This document shows positions 28,344 through 44,438 of a stretch of DNA of 64,000 nt, one piece after another. The translations under genes were made by a program, and so were the position numbers. This DNA comes from Eledone cirrhosa (lineage: Eukaryota): positions 346,022,001 to 346,086,000 of the forward strand of contig OZ024740.1 of assembly GCA_964016885.1 (NCBI GenBank). The letters run 5' to 3'. Numbering within the stretch: the first letter of the stretch is position 1; the number at the start of each line of letters is the position of its first letter. The notes below the pieces were generated by a model. That model saw only the letters and a program-made list of their open reading frames with translations. It was not told where the DNA came from and searched no databases.

Positions 28344-28822
28344 ATGGGAGACGCTAAATCAACTGATACTCTACTGTTTGGAACGAAGACGGGAGATATG
28401 CGCATATGGAAAATCTTGGAGGGACTAGCACCAAACTTCAGTATTTAGAGCTGGACCAATCCCAGAACAGGACGTCATTATGTGATGCCAAAGGTCCCAC
28501 ACTTCACATCTAGAATAAGGAGCAGATATTGCAATAGCCTGGGGTTCAAATGCCGTCAACTCATCAACAAGCTCCCAGGAAATGTGAGTGATCTGCATGA
28601 TGTGGACGTGGAAGTTTTCAAGAAATATCTTGACACCTTGTTATCTATGATTCCGGATGTCCCTACAGCACGTTACGACGGTAACCCAAGAGCAACAGCA
28701 ACGAAGTCCCATTTACACCAAAAGCCAGCCAACGCAGGCTGGATATATAACGTGTAGCAAAAAGGGCGGTGCCCCAGCATGGTTTTAGCCGTAAGACTAG
28801 AACAGGTAAAAGAGTAAAAGAG
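28344..28822 (+). pseudogene. CR1/Jockey-group LINE 3' end
   Basis: WETLNQL.LYCLERRRE..IWKILEGLAPN; NKLP....VEVFKKYLDTLLSMIPD. Confidence 0.75.
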
Positions 28823-28874
<52 letters not shown>

Positions 28875-28878
<4 letters not shown>

Positions 28879-29210
28879 GGCTCCACTCTGTCACGAATAA
28901 CCTTGGTTTTGCACCTAGAAAGTTTCTCTCCGGCGCTCAAGCCCAGGCAAGTTTTGTTCTTGTGGAAGGCCACTTGTCAACGAAGCATACCAGTCTCCCC
29001 TCTCCAAGTAACCGTTGTTGTCCAAGGGAAAGGCAATGAGTGATGCAGCTAGGCACCAGTGACGTCGCAACTCATTTCTACAGCTTAGAAAACTCGAGCA
29101 AGGTGAAATAATGTGTCTTGTTCAAGGATACAACGCATCGTCTGGTCCGAGAATCGAACTCACAACCTTTCAATTGCAAGCCCAATGCTCTAACCACTAA
29201 AGCACACGCC
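28875..29210 (-). mobile_element. tRNA-derived SINE (family B) with CORE-like segment
   Basis: TAGTGGTTAGAGCATTGGGC A box, GAGTTCGATTC B box, TTGTATCCTTGAACAAGACACATTATTTCAC CORE-like segment. Confidence 0.8.
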
Positions 29211-29213
29211 TTT

Positions 29214-29249
<36 letters not shown>

Positions 29250-29291
29250 GCATATATGCATATATATTTATACATACACACACACATACAG

Positions 29292-29403
<112 letters not shown>

Positions 29404-29486
29404 ATAATAATAAATTTGAAGACTAAAATCCAAAGAAGGCTCGATAAGGATAAATATATATCAGATATATAAGAACCGTAGAGCAA

Positions 29487-30192
29487 ATATTTATTAAAAT
29501 AACAGATTAAAGTTAAAGTTTAAGCAAAAATCGCTGCTTTCACCCTTAACGGGATCTTCTGAAACTATAAAAGTCAATCTGTGATCGCAGAAGTGTATAT
29601 TTCAAAAAACGTTTGAACCGAAGGAAGACAGGAAGACGATACTTTGGTTCATAGAGACGTTCTCTGGCAATGAACAGAAAAAACGAAGATATACGTAATT
29701 ATGTGGAGAAATGAGAACTATTACACGCAAAGACAAAACCACGTAAATTGTATAACTGAAGTCGTAGACTAAAATTCTATTTAGGAAACCGAATGATTCT
29801 CGGCTACAAAGTTAAGAATAAAGTAAATAAAATACAGAGTTAATTGAAATTAAATATATACATAAACACATCCATATACGTACATACACAAGCATACGCG
29901 AAACCACTCCCCTATTAGTCTACGACTTCATGTATACCATAAACGTGGTTTTGTCTTCGCGTGTAATTGTTTTCACTGCACCAAATAATGACGTATTATC
30001 TTCGTTTTTTTCCCGTTCTTTGCCAGGGAACGTTTCCAAGAACCAAAGTATCGTCTTCCTGTCTTCCTTCGGTTGCAACGTTTTTTGAAATATTTACTTC
30101 TGCGTTCGCAGATAGACTTTGTTAGTTTCAGAAGATCCCGTTAAGGGCGAAAGCAGCGATTCTTTGCTTAAACTTCTGTTATTTTAATAAAT
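29487..30192. mobile_element. Fold-back copy of the Hydra PLE (593-2790) terminal repeat
   Basis: 29487-29900 (minus) and 29914-30192 (plus) are homologous to 2270-2790; U4A HHR-like motifs at 29517-29566 (minus) and 30124-30174 (plus). Confidence 0.85.
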
Positions 30193-31293
30193 ATATATAT
30201 ATATATATATAAGTTCAGAAAAATTGAGTAAACAACTATGTTTAGGAAAATGAAATTTAAGCTGAATGCAACTTGATAATGAATAGGTGTGTAGGGTGTA
30301 GATCACCTAAGGTTAATCCAATGTCACCGGCTCACTCACTACATGGTTCCATTCTTCGCACTCTATATATATATCTATACAAAAAACAAAAAAAACAACA
30401 AAAAAAAACAACCATCAAAGCTGTTAATTGTGCATTTAATTGACCGATATATATTTTCGCCAGGTTAAATAAAGACATGTAGCGTATTCTCATTAAACCC
30501 AGATCATCGTGATCGATAGACATTTCAATTAACATTAAGGAAATATTACCTTCCGTTGTACAACGTGATAGTCAATAACAGCCGGTGTAAATTGTTAAAG
30601 TGAAGATAACCACTCCTAGAGGTTAATTAGTGTAGTAATCAATTAGGTAATGGTGGCCCAAATAAACTAAATACGCCTTCAGAATTGCATTCATGTCGAA
30701 TCGAATGTGGTCTGGTAGAACGATTGGAAATGTTTATGGATGCCAGAAGTTTATCTGGGCGATATTTGATGTGACAATTCTCAGTGCTTCTGTCAAACAA
30801 ATATAATTTTTCCGTCCTACACGATAAGATTTCTCAGAGTTAATTCCCATTTAAGAGTGTAGTTTATATGTTTTTATTTTTATGTCCCACTCCAGTTTAG
30901 CTAGAGAAGTAGTGAATCTTAGTTTCACGTTCTTAAAAGTGTGAATGCGTGAGACGAATCTCGTCATGAAGCAAATATAGGCTCCTATTCAATTATAAAT
31001 ATTATTATTAGTGGAGTTCTCGCACTTATATAACTAAAGGGCAGGCATCAGAAACTCTACAATTGCATTTCTTTCTTACGTGGTAGCTACTATTAAGTAT
31101 ACTATATTCGGTAATATTATCATTTTCTAATCATATAGTAAGCTGACTACTAGATTAACAGTTAAGATATAGATCTAGATTAACAGTTTCAGCAAGAGAT
31201 GTCAACATGAATGGACATATTATTTTTTATCTAAATATATTTTTTCCAAATCCAACCCACCCGTCCCCTCAATCTATCTTATTTCTCATTATT

Positions 31294-31329
31294 TCTTCTG
31301 ATGAAGGACTAGCGTCCGAAACGTTAAGA
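31294..31329 (+). ncRNA. Minimal hammerhead motif (stem III reduced to palindrome AACGTT)
   Basis: TCTT CTGATGA A GGAC tagc GTCC GAAAC GTT AAGA, about 90 nt before microsatellite. Confidence 0.75.
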
Positions 31330-31464
31330 CCCTCGTCCTGCTATATCAAGCGTTAACCTAATATATCCTTTCCATATACTGTTTACCTTGTACACACACA
31401 CACCCCCACACACACACATACATATATATATATATACATATATATATTTATATATATATATAAA

Positions 31465-31511
<47 letters not shown>

Positions 31512-31512
31512 A

Positions 31513-31567
<55 letters not shown>

Positions 31568-31594
31568 GTATATATGTATGATTATATATATATG

Positions 31595-31628
<34 letters not shown>

Positions 31629-31634
<6 letters not shown>

Positions 31635-33113
31635 ATTTAGTATATCTACTAACATATGCGTACAGATGTATGCTAATGCTAGCAAATACACTGGTTATGT
31701 CATAGTACCTAGGTGGTTCAATGCAGGAGGATGCAGAACAATAATATAAAAGACGTAAAATAAGAAAATTTAAAACAATTTTTAAAAATTAACTTACTAA
31801 AATTTTCACTCCAACTAATTAGTTTCTGCAATGGGATAAAGACAGTTACGTAATACTGTCGAGAATTCATTGCGTCATCAGGGAGTCTATTCTCAGCTAA
31901 GTCTCCAGGCAATGCGCGGACACTGGGGACCCATATAAAAATAATAATAATTCGGTAGATGGAACAGCTAGCGGGGACTGTATTCCATGCACTGAAAAGC
32001 TCGCTGTCTCTGGTCAAATGGCAGATTCTAAAGAATCAATCACGTGACACTGAGGCTAGTCGGTAGGAGTGGGATGGTAAGATGACAGAAGCCTACTAGC
32101 ACACCAATAAATTAGTAGTGGTTTTGGCAGGTTTGCTCAACAAATAAGTAATTTGGAGATAAATATAGAGAATTTAGTATATCTACTAACATATGCGTAC
32201 AGATGTACGCTAATGCTAGCAAATACACAGGTTATCTTACCATCCCTCTCCTACCGACTAGCCTCAGTGTCACGTGATTGATTCTTTAGAATCTGCCATT
32301 TGACCAGAGACAGCGAGCTTTTCAGTGCATGGAATCCAGTCCCCGCTAGCTGTTCCATCTACCGAATTATTATTATTTTTATATGGGTTCCCAGTGTCTG
32401 CGCATTGCCTGGAGTCTTAGCTGAGAATAGACTCCCTGATGACGCAATGAATTCTCGACAGATTATTACGTAACTGTCTTTATCCCATTGCAGAAACTAA
32501 TTAGTTGGAGTGAAAATTTTAGTAAGTTAATTTTTTAAAATTTTTTTAAATTTTCTTATTTTACGTCTTTTAAATTATTGTTCTGCATCCTCCTGCATTG
32601 AACCACCTAGGTACTATGACATAACCTGTGTATTTGCTAGCATTAGCGTACATCTGTACGCATATGTTAGTAGATATACTAAATTCTCTATATTTATCTC
32701 CAAATTACTTATTTGTTGAGCAAACCTGCCAAAACCACTACTAATTTATTGGTGTGCTAGTAGGCTTCTGTCATCTTACCATCCCACTCCTACCGACTAG
32801 CCTCAGTGTCACGTGATTGATTCTTTAGAATCTGCCATTTGACCAGAGACAGCGAGCTTTTCAGTGCATGGAATACAGTCCCCGCTAGCTGTTCCATCTA
32901 CCGAATTATTATTATTTTTATATGGGTCCCCAGTGTCCGCGCATTGCCTGGAGACTTAGCTGAGAATAGACTCCCTGATGACGCAATGAATTCTCGACAG
33001 TTTATTACGTAACTGTCTTTATCCCATTGCAGAAACTAATTAGTTGGAGTGAAAATTTTAGTAAGTAAGTTAATTTTTTAAAATTTTTTAAAATTTTCTT
33101 ATTTTACGTCTTT
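31629..33113. mobile_element. Young non-coding ~539-bp unit in inverted plus tandem array, one HHR per unit (retrozyme-like / non-autonomous PLE)
   Basis: Minus-strand ~1.1-mer 31629-32235 joined to plus-strand ~1.6-mer 32234-33113; copies nearly identical; flanked by (TA)n/(GA)n. Confidence 0.88.
32431..32511 (+). ncRNA. Hammerhead motif, canonical core, long stem II (also 32970-33050 plus, 31808-31886 minus)
   Basis: ACTCC CTGATGA C GCAATG..GACAG..CTGTC..CATTGC A GAAA CTAATTAG TT GGAGT. Confidence 0.82.
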
Positions 33114-33278
33114 TATATATATATATATATAGGTATTTATATATGTGTATATGTATATATGTATTAATAAAAGGAATTCCAACTTTGTTTGATTTACTCG
33201 TTTTATTTACAATCTTTTAAAATTATAATGATATTATAATGAAATAGTATGGTAGAATATTAAATGTTAAGTGTTAAT

Positions 33279-33317
33279 TGAACAAGTACTTTCATGCTTT
33301 CGCAATCTTCAGGTTCA
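33279..33317 (-). ncRNA. Hammerhead motif, canonical core
   Basis: TGAAC CTGAAGA T TGC gaaa GCA T GAAA GTAC TT GTTCA. Confidence 0.8.
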
Positions 33318-33711
33318 TATTCTGTGGTGACAGTCAAGTTTACAATTTTAAACTATAATGAGATGGGTAAATTTTGTGCCTTATATACAGTGAAAAGCGA
33401 CTACCGAATGCTAAGTTTTGCAAACCGTATTTCGACCAATCAGTGTGTAGTTTAGAAGTCACGGTTGGTTGAGCATGTCTAGCGACTTCTATTTGTCCCT
33501 AAGCAAAGCATCAATTGTAGTGCTATTTTTAGAAATAATGAAAATAGCATTTTCTAGGTTTTTTATAAAAAGTCATCAGTAATCATCACCATCAACATCA
33601 CTTTTATTATTATTATTATTGTTGTTGTTGTTGTTAGTGGTGTTAGGCGACATAGTCGTAGGCGTAGTCATAGTAGGAGTAATACCCCTAAGCATTATTA
33701 TTGTTCCTTTA

Positions 33712-33895
33712 AACGGTGGATTGGCAGTATCGGTGGAGGGTCGGACGCCATGCTTTCCAGCATAGTTACGTCCCTTTACGATCTGAGTTCAAATCCCGCC
33801 GAGGTTGACTTTGCCTTTCATCCTTACGGGGTCGATAAAATAAAGTACCAGTAATGCACTGGGAAATTGCTGGCCTTGTGCCTAAAGTAGAAACA
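33712..33895 (+). mobile_element. tRNA-derived SINE (family A) with 18-bp TSD, nested in the PLE
   Basis: TSD ATTATTATTGTTCCTTTA at 33694-33711 and 33896-33913. Confidence 0.93.
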
Positions 33896-35741
33896 ATTAT
33901 TATTGTTCCTTTAGCTTGGGTTGGAATTTATCAATAAAATTTATTTATCAATAAAATTATTTTCTTTAATGTTTTTCTTGATTTCACTTGGGCTGTGTAA
34001 TTTGTAGAATAGAAATTTTATAAATATTTTCTGACCACATGTTGCTAGATGGTTACTCAGGGGTATCTGACGGACATCTGGGTCTCTGATTTGCTCTCGT
34101 TGCACCCGTGCACGTTCCGATAGTGCATTTACAGTTTGACCGACATATAGTTCTTCACAATTCGAGCATTTAATGCAGTAAATTAGATTTCTGCTTTTGC
34201 AGTTCATATTTGCATTTGGGAATATTTTTCCAGTTTTTGTGATCAGTTTGTATGGATTGACATGTGCACATCGACTATCATTGCATTTAGATACAGTGAA
34301 TGATTGGTCTTTGTTGTTAAGGTCAAACTTTGCCTTTGTTAGTAATTGCTTCACATTTTTCTGCTGTCTTTTACTAAGAGTCAAAGATCGGTCTGTGATT
34401 AAACCTTTTAATTCATTACTTTGAGCAGAGATCGGTAGGTTTGCTTTGGCAGTGTTGAAGATATTCTGGTGACATGGGTTGTGTGTCATTATAAATGGTA
34501 TGACCAGTTCTAGGTTTCTTCTTCCTTGGGTTGTCCTAAGTTGTTGTATACGTATTTCTATAGCCCGCTGTATGCCATTTTCTATAAGTAGAGATGGGTA
34601 TCTTTGTTTGAGCAAAACTTCTCTCAGTTCTGGTAGGCGTGTGTTCCTGGTATTCGTATCTTCTACAATGGTACAAATTATTCTGTATGGGATGTTGCGT
34701 TTTGTATGAGGTGGATGGCACTACTTAAAATTCAGATATTGATGGGTGTCTGTGTGTTTTTAATATATATCCGTGGTAATGGTGGTGTCGTTTTTGATTA
34801 CCATTATATCTAGGAATGGTAATTTGATACTACTCATCTCTTTTGTAAATTGGAGAGATGGGTGTAGGTTATTCAGGGGGATATTGAACTCATCCAGAGT
34901 ATCTAGAGATTCTGTCCAAATAATGAAACAGTCGTCAAGATATCTCTTCCAAGACATTTAAATCTACTTTATAAAGTCAGAGCTATATTTCTTTTCTATT
35001 TCCTGGTAGTGTTGATGTTCTAAGTATCCCATTACAGAGTTCGCGTAAACGGGAGCAAATTCGTTCCCATCGCTGTGCCTCTAATTTGGATGTAATCCTT
35101 TCCATTGAAGAAGAAATTGTTGTCCTTCAGAATAAGTTTGACTGTGTCTAACATAAATGGCGCTGTGAATCTGGTGGGAATCATTTCTCTATGATTTTCC
35201 ACCCAGTATTTAACAGCCTTTATTCCTAAATCATGTGTAATGTTGTTGTAAAGGCTTACCACATCAAACGTACAAGTGAATTCGTTTCTGTGGTTTTGGG
35301 AAGATGGGACAGGAAGTCGATATCATCCCGGACGAAACTGGTTAGTGAATACATAGGGATTTCAAAATAATGTCAACAAAATTGCTTAGACGGTGGATAG
35401 GGCATGTTGGACCAGCTATAATAGGTCTAAGTTTTAAGTCTTTTGCGTGTAGTAAATTAATGTACTCACTTTGTTGTTCGTTTACTGCCAATTGGATTTC
35501 TTTTGACATAGGAACTTTCGGTAGGCCATACAGGTTGGTGGGTTTTGGCTCAAAATTGGTGATGTAGTCTCTTTCCTTATCAGTAAGTGAGTTGTAATAT
35601 TTTGAAGCCAGGTTGTTGATCTTCTTCATGATGTTGTGGTCTATATTTGACGGTATTTCCTGATAGAATGTTGTGTCTTTCAGTTGTTCCTCAACCAAGT
35701 CTTTGTAGCATTCAGCATCCATTTCCGATTTGTTAATGTTG

Positions 35742-35778
<37 letters not shown>

Positions 35779-35781
35779 GTG

Positions 35782-36258
<477 letters not shown>

Positions 36259-36318
36259 TATATATATATAAAATATATATATATATATAAAATATATATA
36301 TATATATATATATATAAA

Positions 36319-36366
<48 letters not shown>

Positions 36367-37154
36367 TTTCAACGTACGGTTAGGTGTAACTCCACAAGTT
36401 TGTAAGAATTCCGTTCAATCTTCGAGTATAAAGTTTAAAAGAGAAAACACAGGTAAGCATTAAGAGAAGGATTTTATCCAGGTATTTACGACCATTTCAT
36501 TGGTAAGTGCAACCTTATATTGCTATACTGCAAATAGCAGCCACTTAATTATAATTGTTGTTCACAGTCCAAATTTTCAAAATAGTGAGTAAGTTGCTCT
36601 TGAAATAATTCTTAATATATAGAGAAAAACATTTATATGGAATTGTATTTACTAGTATATAGAGAGAGGAATCAGAAGGTGAGGGGGAAAACGGAATAGT
36701 ATAGAGAGAGAGAGAGGAAGGGGGGAGTGTTAGGAAGTAGAGTGACAAACTGAGATGGATGGAGATATGGCAGGATTCCTTGATCAGTTTTGATATTCAG
36801 TCTTCATGTCGTGGATTGTAGTGAGTTAAAGAGAATTAAATTGATCATATTGGGAGGGATGGATAGAGAGAGACAGAGAGAGGGGGGGGGGAGATATAAA
36901 GAGATAAATATATATATAAAAAATAAAGATAAAGATAATAATGAAAAAAATAAAAGCAAAGAAGGTGGGAGAAAGAAGAAAAGAAAAGATAGCTAAGAAT
37001 GGGAGGGAAGGAAGGAAGAAAACGAAGAAATAGAAGAGAATAAAGGAGAAGGGGAGATATAGGTATTGGTTTTTGTGGGTAATTAAAAGGGTTTAGATAC
37101 AACAAGAAGGTATAAAGTCTAAGTATATGCAATTTGTCAGTTGGTAGTAAGAGG

Positions 37155-39440
37155 TTAAGGGTTGGATTTGCACTTGAAGTGCGAAAACTTCTCTTTGAGT
37201 CTATGGTTACAATAAATTGATCTTTCGATTTTATTGTTGAGTAACATATTCTTCGAACTCAAGATGTGGAACGGCTCAAGATCGCATAATCTACAGCTTC
37301 TCATACCACTCCGATATGGGGGCGCGTTCGATAATGTTTTCCACTTCAGGGTGTATTGATGGTTACTTTCCCTCAGTTGCCAGGTCTTGTTTGCAAGGGT
37401 AGTTACATAACGATGCTGGGAATGTTTCATTGCGTAACGGTGTGTATACCAACGAGCTTTAAATGTATTCCCAGGCGCTCCGATGTAATACCATTTCTGG
37501 TTGTCTGATTCCAATGTGCATTGGTAAACCAGGTTAGACTCTATACATTCATTATGTAATGGACAGGTTTCAGGTAGGTGGCAGTTACAATTCTTGTCAT
37601 GGGCAACTTTGGCATTATTGGTGGGCTGCGATGCCTGTACAAATGTATTACGTTTTGTTTGCCTATTAGCGGGTGGTTGTCTATTACATATTCTGTTGTG
37701 TTCAATGGTGATTGTACGGTTATTGTTGTAAATTTGTGTTTTGGTGTTGTTATGTATATTTTTAGCGTTAAGCATGTTAATGTGTGCCTCTATATTTGGT
37801 GTCGTGGAGTAAGATAGTCTAATAGATTTAGTGTTAAGGATTTTGCTGTATCTATATGAATCTGGAAAATGCTTATTTATTATTCTAAAGAAGGTAGAGA
37901 GTAGGTTAGTACTAATAGAGGTGTTAAATATGGGGTTATACCAAATATATTTTCTACTACGTGACTTGTTTGATTTCGATGTTGTATTTCTATTTACCGT
38001 ATACTTTGTAGTTCTATGCGTAAGTGCGTGTGTGCGTGTGTTTCCAGAGTTTGTTTATGCGTGTTCGTGTGCGCTTTACGGAGGCTCTCATCTATATATT
38101 CTACTCTATCTAAGTGGCCTGCCTTGTCTAATGCGGTATTGTAGTATTCTGCATGTTCTTCGAAGATTTGTCGGTTAGACGAGAGGCGGGAGATCCTAAG
38201 GGATATGCTGCGTGGAATGGATTTAGTTATGGATAGTGGGTGGTTTGAGTTACAGTTGATGTATGCTAGGTTTTCATTAATCTTGTGAAAAGGTCTTATA
38301 AGTCCCGTATTTAGGTTAAGCGTCGCGTCTAGAAAGTTAACCGTTTTCGTGCTATACTCATACGTTATGCTAAGGCCTAGTTTCCCGAGAGTCTTTCTAA
38401 TATTCTTACGGAGTCTTTCTATGCTCTGGTTATTTATGTTCTTAACTAGGAGGAGGGCATCGTCTCTGTAGAATCCACCGTGAAGGTCGCTAAACTCACT
38501 TTGTAAACTATGGGCTATGTAAATACCTACGAAATCTGTGACTTGAGCCGAGTCGTTAGCCCCCATCGTGATGTCAAAGTAATTTAATCTATCCTTACGT
38601 TCCCAATAGGCGTTTTCAAATTTAATTATTGTCTTCCTGGCAGCTAATATGATTTTTATCTCGTCGTCTGTTATGTCAGAATTGGCTTTGGCGAATGCTA
38701 AGGCTTTATCCAAGGTGTTGGGGGATATAGATGAGTAATAATCGTTAATGTCAAATTGTATAAATTTAGATACTTCTTTGTTAGCTATATTGTAAAACCA
38801 CTTAATTGTTTCGGTAGTGTTACCCCATAGTTTAATCACTAGTTTATTCTTCATTTGTGCTCTCACTCTGTCTAATATATGTTTACTAATTTTCCCGATG
38901 TCCGATTTGGACGGGCATATAAGTCTAATTGTGGGGTTATAATCAACATTTACCTTGTGGTGCTTGAGATTAAATGTGGGGGTACATGGCCAAAGTGGCT
39001 CTGTTCTATCGTCTATTCCTAGGTGTTTGACTATATTGTGTGCCTCGTTGTTGATGTTTATCAGTGCCGCCTCATTAGTTTTTGTTTTGTATTTCCTATG
39101 TAATTCCTTCCGTATGAAGCTATTGCATGCATTAACATCCATCGTATACACATTTGATGTTTTGGTCGCTTTGACAATAATTCCATTCGTGGTTCGCAGC
39201 TTTTTTAGGAATGTATTTATGTCATTCTTGAGTTTATTCTTCCTCCGCTTTTTTAATTTGATATTCATAATCATCTTCAGTAAGTCCTGTTCAAAGGCAT
39301 CTAGTTGAGGATGGTAGGTGGGTTCTTACACGATTTGAAGCCGTATGTTTCCTTGTTGTATTCCACGGTGCGACCATTACGTCCTTTGTCGAAATGGAAA
39401 GTTTTCGATCTAACTCTGCATATAAAGTCGTTTGTTCGCT
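37155..39440 (-). pseudogene. Hydra PLE RT plus GIY-YIG ORF, frameshifted
   Basis: ORFs 37994..39274 (RT) and 37155..37775 (EN) bridged by WYNPIFN..KHFP..RLSYS with frameshifts. Confidence 0.88.
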
Positions 39441-39622
39441 GTATCATCCCGAGGATATAATCCTTTCTACTTCCTAACTCTTCCCCATTCCTCTCTCTCT
39501 ATATATACTATTCCGTTTGTCCCCTCACCTTCTGATTCCTCTCTCTCTATACTAGTAAATACAATTCCAAATAAATGTTTTTCTCTATATATTAAGAATT
39601 ATTTCAAGAGTAACTTACTCAC

Positions 39623-39724
39623 TATTTTGAAAATTTGGACTGTGAACAACAATTATAATTGAGTGGCTGCTATTTGCAGTATAGCAATATGAGGTTACAC
39701 TTACCAATGAAACGGTCGTAAATA
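39623..39724 (+). ncRNA. Hammerhead-like motif, U3-A8 core, long stem II (copy 36483-36584 minus)
   Basis: TATT TTGAAAA T TTGG...CCAA T GAAA CGGTCG TA AATA. Confidence 0.65.
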
Positions 39725-39764
39725 CCTGCATAAAATCCTTCTGTTAATGCTTACCTGTGTTTTC

Positions 39765-39844
<80 letters not shown>

Positions 39845-39876
39845 ATGTGTAATTTTCTACACAAAACGAAGGTTAT

Positions 39877-42065
<2,189 letters not shown>

Positions 42066-42076
42066 CTCTCTCTCTC

Positions 42077-42126
<50 letters not shown>

Positions 42127-42774
42127 AATACACATACACACATATATATATATATATATATAATTATGTTATGTATGTATAAATCGAAGTTGTATCTGCA
42201 ATAGGGTAGTAACCAATCCCTTTATTTGAATGCCTGTCAGTGTGTATGTATATATGTAGTGAAGATATATTTCGCAGAAAAGAAAAATGACTTCCCAAAT
42301 CCACACCGGATTTTGGCCAACATTTTAAGCCTTCTCTTTTATGTAGGTAATTTATTTTTATTTATAACTATATTTTACCATTCTTTCAATGAGACCCTTC
42401 GTGTAAGAATTATTTCCACAAATGGCCGGATTGATTAAATACCTTATTCTTCACTATTTGCCTCAAAGAAACAAGACATTTCCTCAGAAATAAAGACCAA
42501 TACAATATTTTGAAGCATATCGTTCTTCGTTTCCTTAGTTTCCGTAGATCGAAATGAAATATATTGGATTAGGATGACAACATATTTCAGGGAGGGGGAT
42601 TGAATGAATATTTAGACAAAATATATTAAAGTTTTAATACCACTGAAACCTAGAGAGTGGTGCTCGTGTAAGCCTTTGATAATATAATCCAATGATGTAC
42701 ACATGTCTCTTTTGCGATCTTCTCATCTGTTGTTTCTACAGCTGAAAGTCCTATGGCGATGGAGGAGTGGCGAC

Positions 42775-44075
42775 ATGTAGAGAACCGACCATGGCATCAC
42801 TCTGTTGGAGTCCGCGGGCAAAGTTCTTGCTAGATTATTTTTGAACATATTGGTGGAGGACATTTATCCTACAGTAATCCCTGAAACTCAAAGTGGCTTT
42901 AGATATGGCAGAGGGACGATTGATATGATCTCTGCAAGGCATATTTGGGAGAAATCTAATCAGCAGCAGGTTCCTCTGTATCAGGTTTTTGTTGATTTGA
43001 CAAAGGCCTTTGATACGGTGAACAGAGTTGCATTGTGGAAAATATTAGGGAAAATATGGTGCCCACCAAACTTTATTAATATGTTCATCCGACTGCACAG
43101 AAGTATGAAAGCTCGCGTTGTCTTGAATGGAGAATTGTCCAATGAAATCCCAGTTGATTATGGAAAAATCCCAGTTGAGCAGGGAGATATCTTGGCTCCC
43201 ACACTGTTTTCAATATTATTTGCTGTGATGCTGAATCATGCATTCCATGACTGTGCAAACGGTGTTCTATTGCAAGTTAGAACTACAGGAAGGATATTTG
43301 ATATAAGCAGCTTCAATTTCAAATCCACGATGTACTAAATATTAATTATGGAACTCCTGTATGCAGTCGATGTTCACTTTCTGGCTCACTCTCAAGATGA
43401 CATGCAACACATCATGGATTGTTTTGCAGCTTCTTGCAATGACTTTGGCATGAACATTAATCTAAAAAAGACCAAAGTAATGTTCAACCCATTATCAGGG
43501 GAAGCATATATTGCGACAAATATAATGGTGCATGGAACTAGGTTGGGTGTAGTTGACACTTTTGTTTACCTGGGTTTACAAGGGATGGTTCACTAGATGC
43601 AGAAATACACTTACGCATTCAGAACGCCTCTGTAGATTTCAGAAAACTTGAAAAAAGAGAGTGGGCGGATCATGACAACAGTATCGAGTAGAAGATTAGT
43701 GTGTACAAGGCCTGAAATTCTGGGTGCTCTGTTGTACCCTTCGAAAAAGGGGACATCTGTTGTACCCTTTGAAAACTTGGACACCGTAGACACCTTAATT
43801 TGTTTGAACACTTCAACCTAAAGTGTTTAAGACGAATCATAAACATGAGATGACAACAAAAAATACCTAACACACAAGTCCTTATAGATGTTGGTTGCAC
43901 GGGCATTGAATCTACCATCATATCCTTTCAAATGCGTTGGGTAAGCCATGTTGTGGGCATGAATGAGGAAAGTCTCCCCAAATAACTACTTTACAGACAA
44001 TTGCACACTGGGAAACGCCCTCAGCACAAATCAAGAAAAATATATACGGATTACATGAAAGACAGCAATCGTTTG
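42775..44075 (+). pseudogene. RTE-clade LINE reverse transcriptase remnant
   Basis: PETQSGFRYGRGTIDMI, VFVDLTKAFDTVNR, QGDILAPTLF, ELLYAVD (degenerate YADD), INLKKTKVM, FVYLG. Confidence 0.9.
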
Positions 44076-44092
44076 CAAAGATGAAGAAATCA

Positions 44093-44125
<33 letters not shown>

Positions 44126-44270
44126 CGAAGAAATTGAAGACAGAGAAGCAGACCTTTAAAATATAATGTATATGGAGCTCTTACACATGTTACGTCCAAG
44201 TTGGGCTCGTCGGAAGCTCAGAGAGAAGTAAAGGGTTTCATTAGGAACACTGCATGGGTACGAATACGTA

Positions 44271-44309
<39 letters not shown>

Positions 44310-44407
44310 CCATATGTTCATACGTATGCACAATCAACACATATATCTCCCTTTCTCTCTTCATGTCTCTATCTCCATCTCTCTCTGCCTCTCTCTCAAT
44401 ATATATG

Positions 44408-44438
<31 letters not shown>

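Larger units (their letters stand above)
33165..35740 (-). mobile_element. Penelope-like element, Neptune-type, degenerate
   Basis: YGLPKV..LRPIIAG, FDVVSLY, QIRGTAMG, WKRYLDDCF, KCNDSRC, NLIYCIKCSNCEELYVGQT; HHR in 3' region. Confidence 0.92.
36365..39770 (-). mobile_element. Near full-length Penelope-like element, Hydra-type, with 5' inverted terminal repeat
   Basis: YGFKS; FIQFDINDYY; FDITMGANDSAQ; GFYRDDAL; CNCHLPETC; LVY..YYIG; CRLC; 36437-36745 is the inverse of 39462-39770. Confidence 0.93.

Noticed and set aside
29145-29210. tRNA gene at the SINE heads
   Set aside because: A and B boxes are present but there is no complete cloverleaf, and the sequence continues into the SINE body
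44165-44220. Minus-strand CCGACGA GCCC..GGAC GTAA CATGTG TA
   Set aside because: Multiple core mutations; at most a remnant
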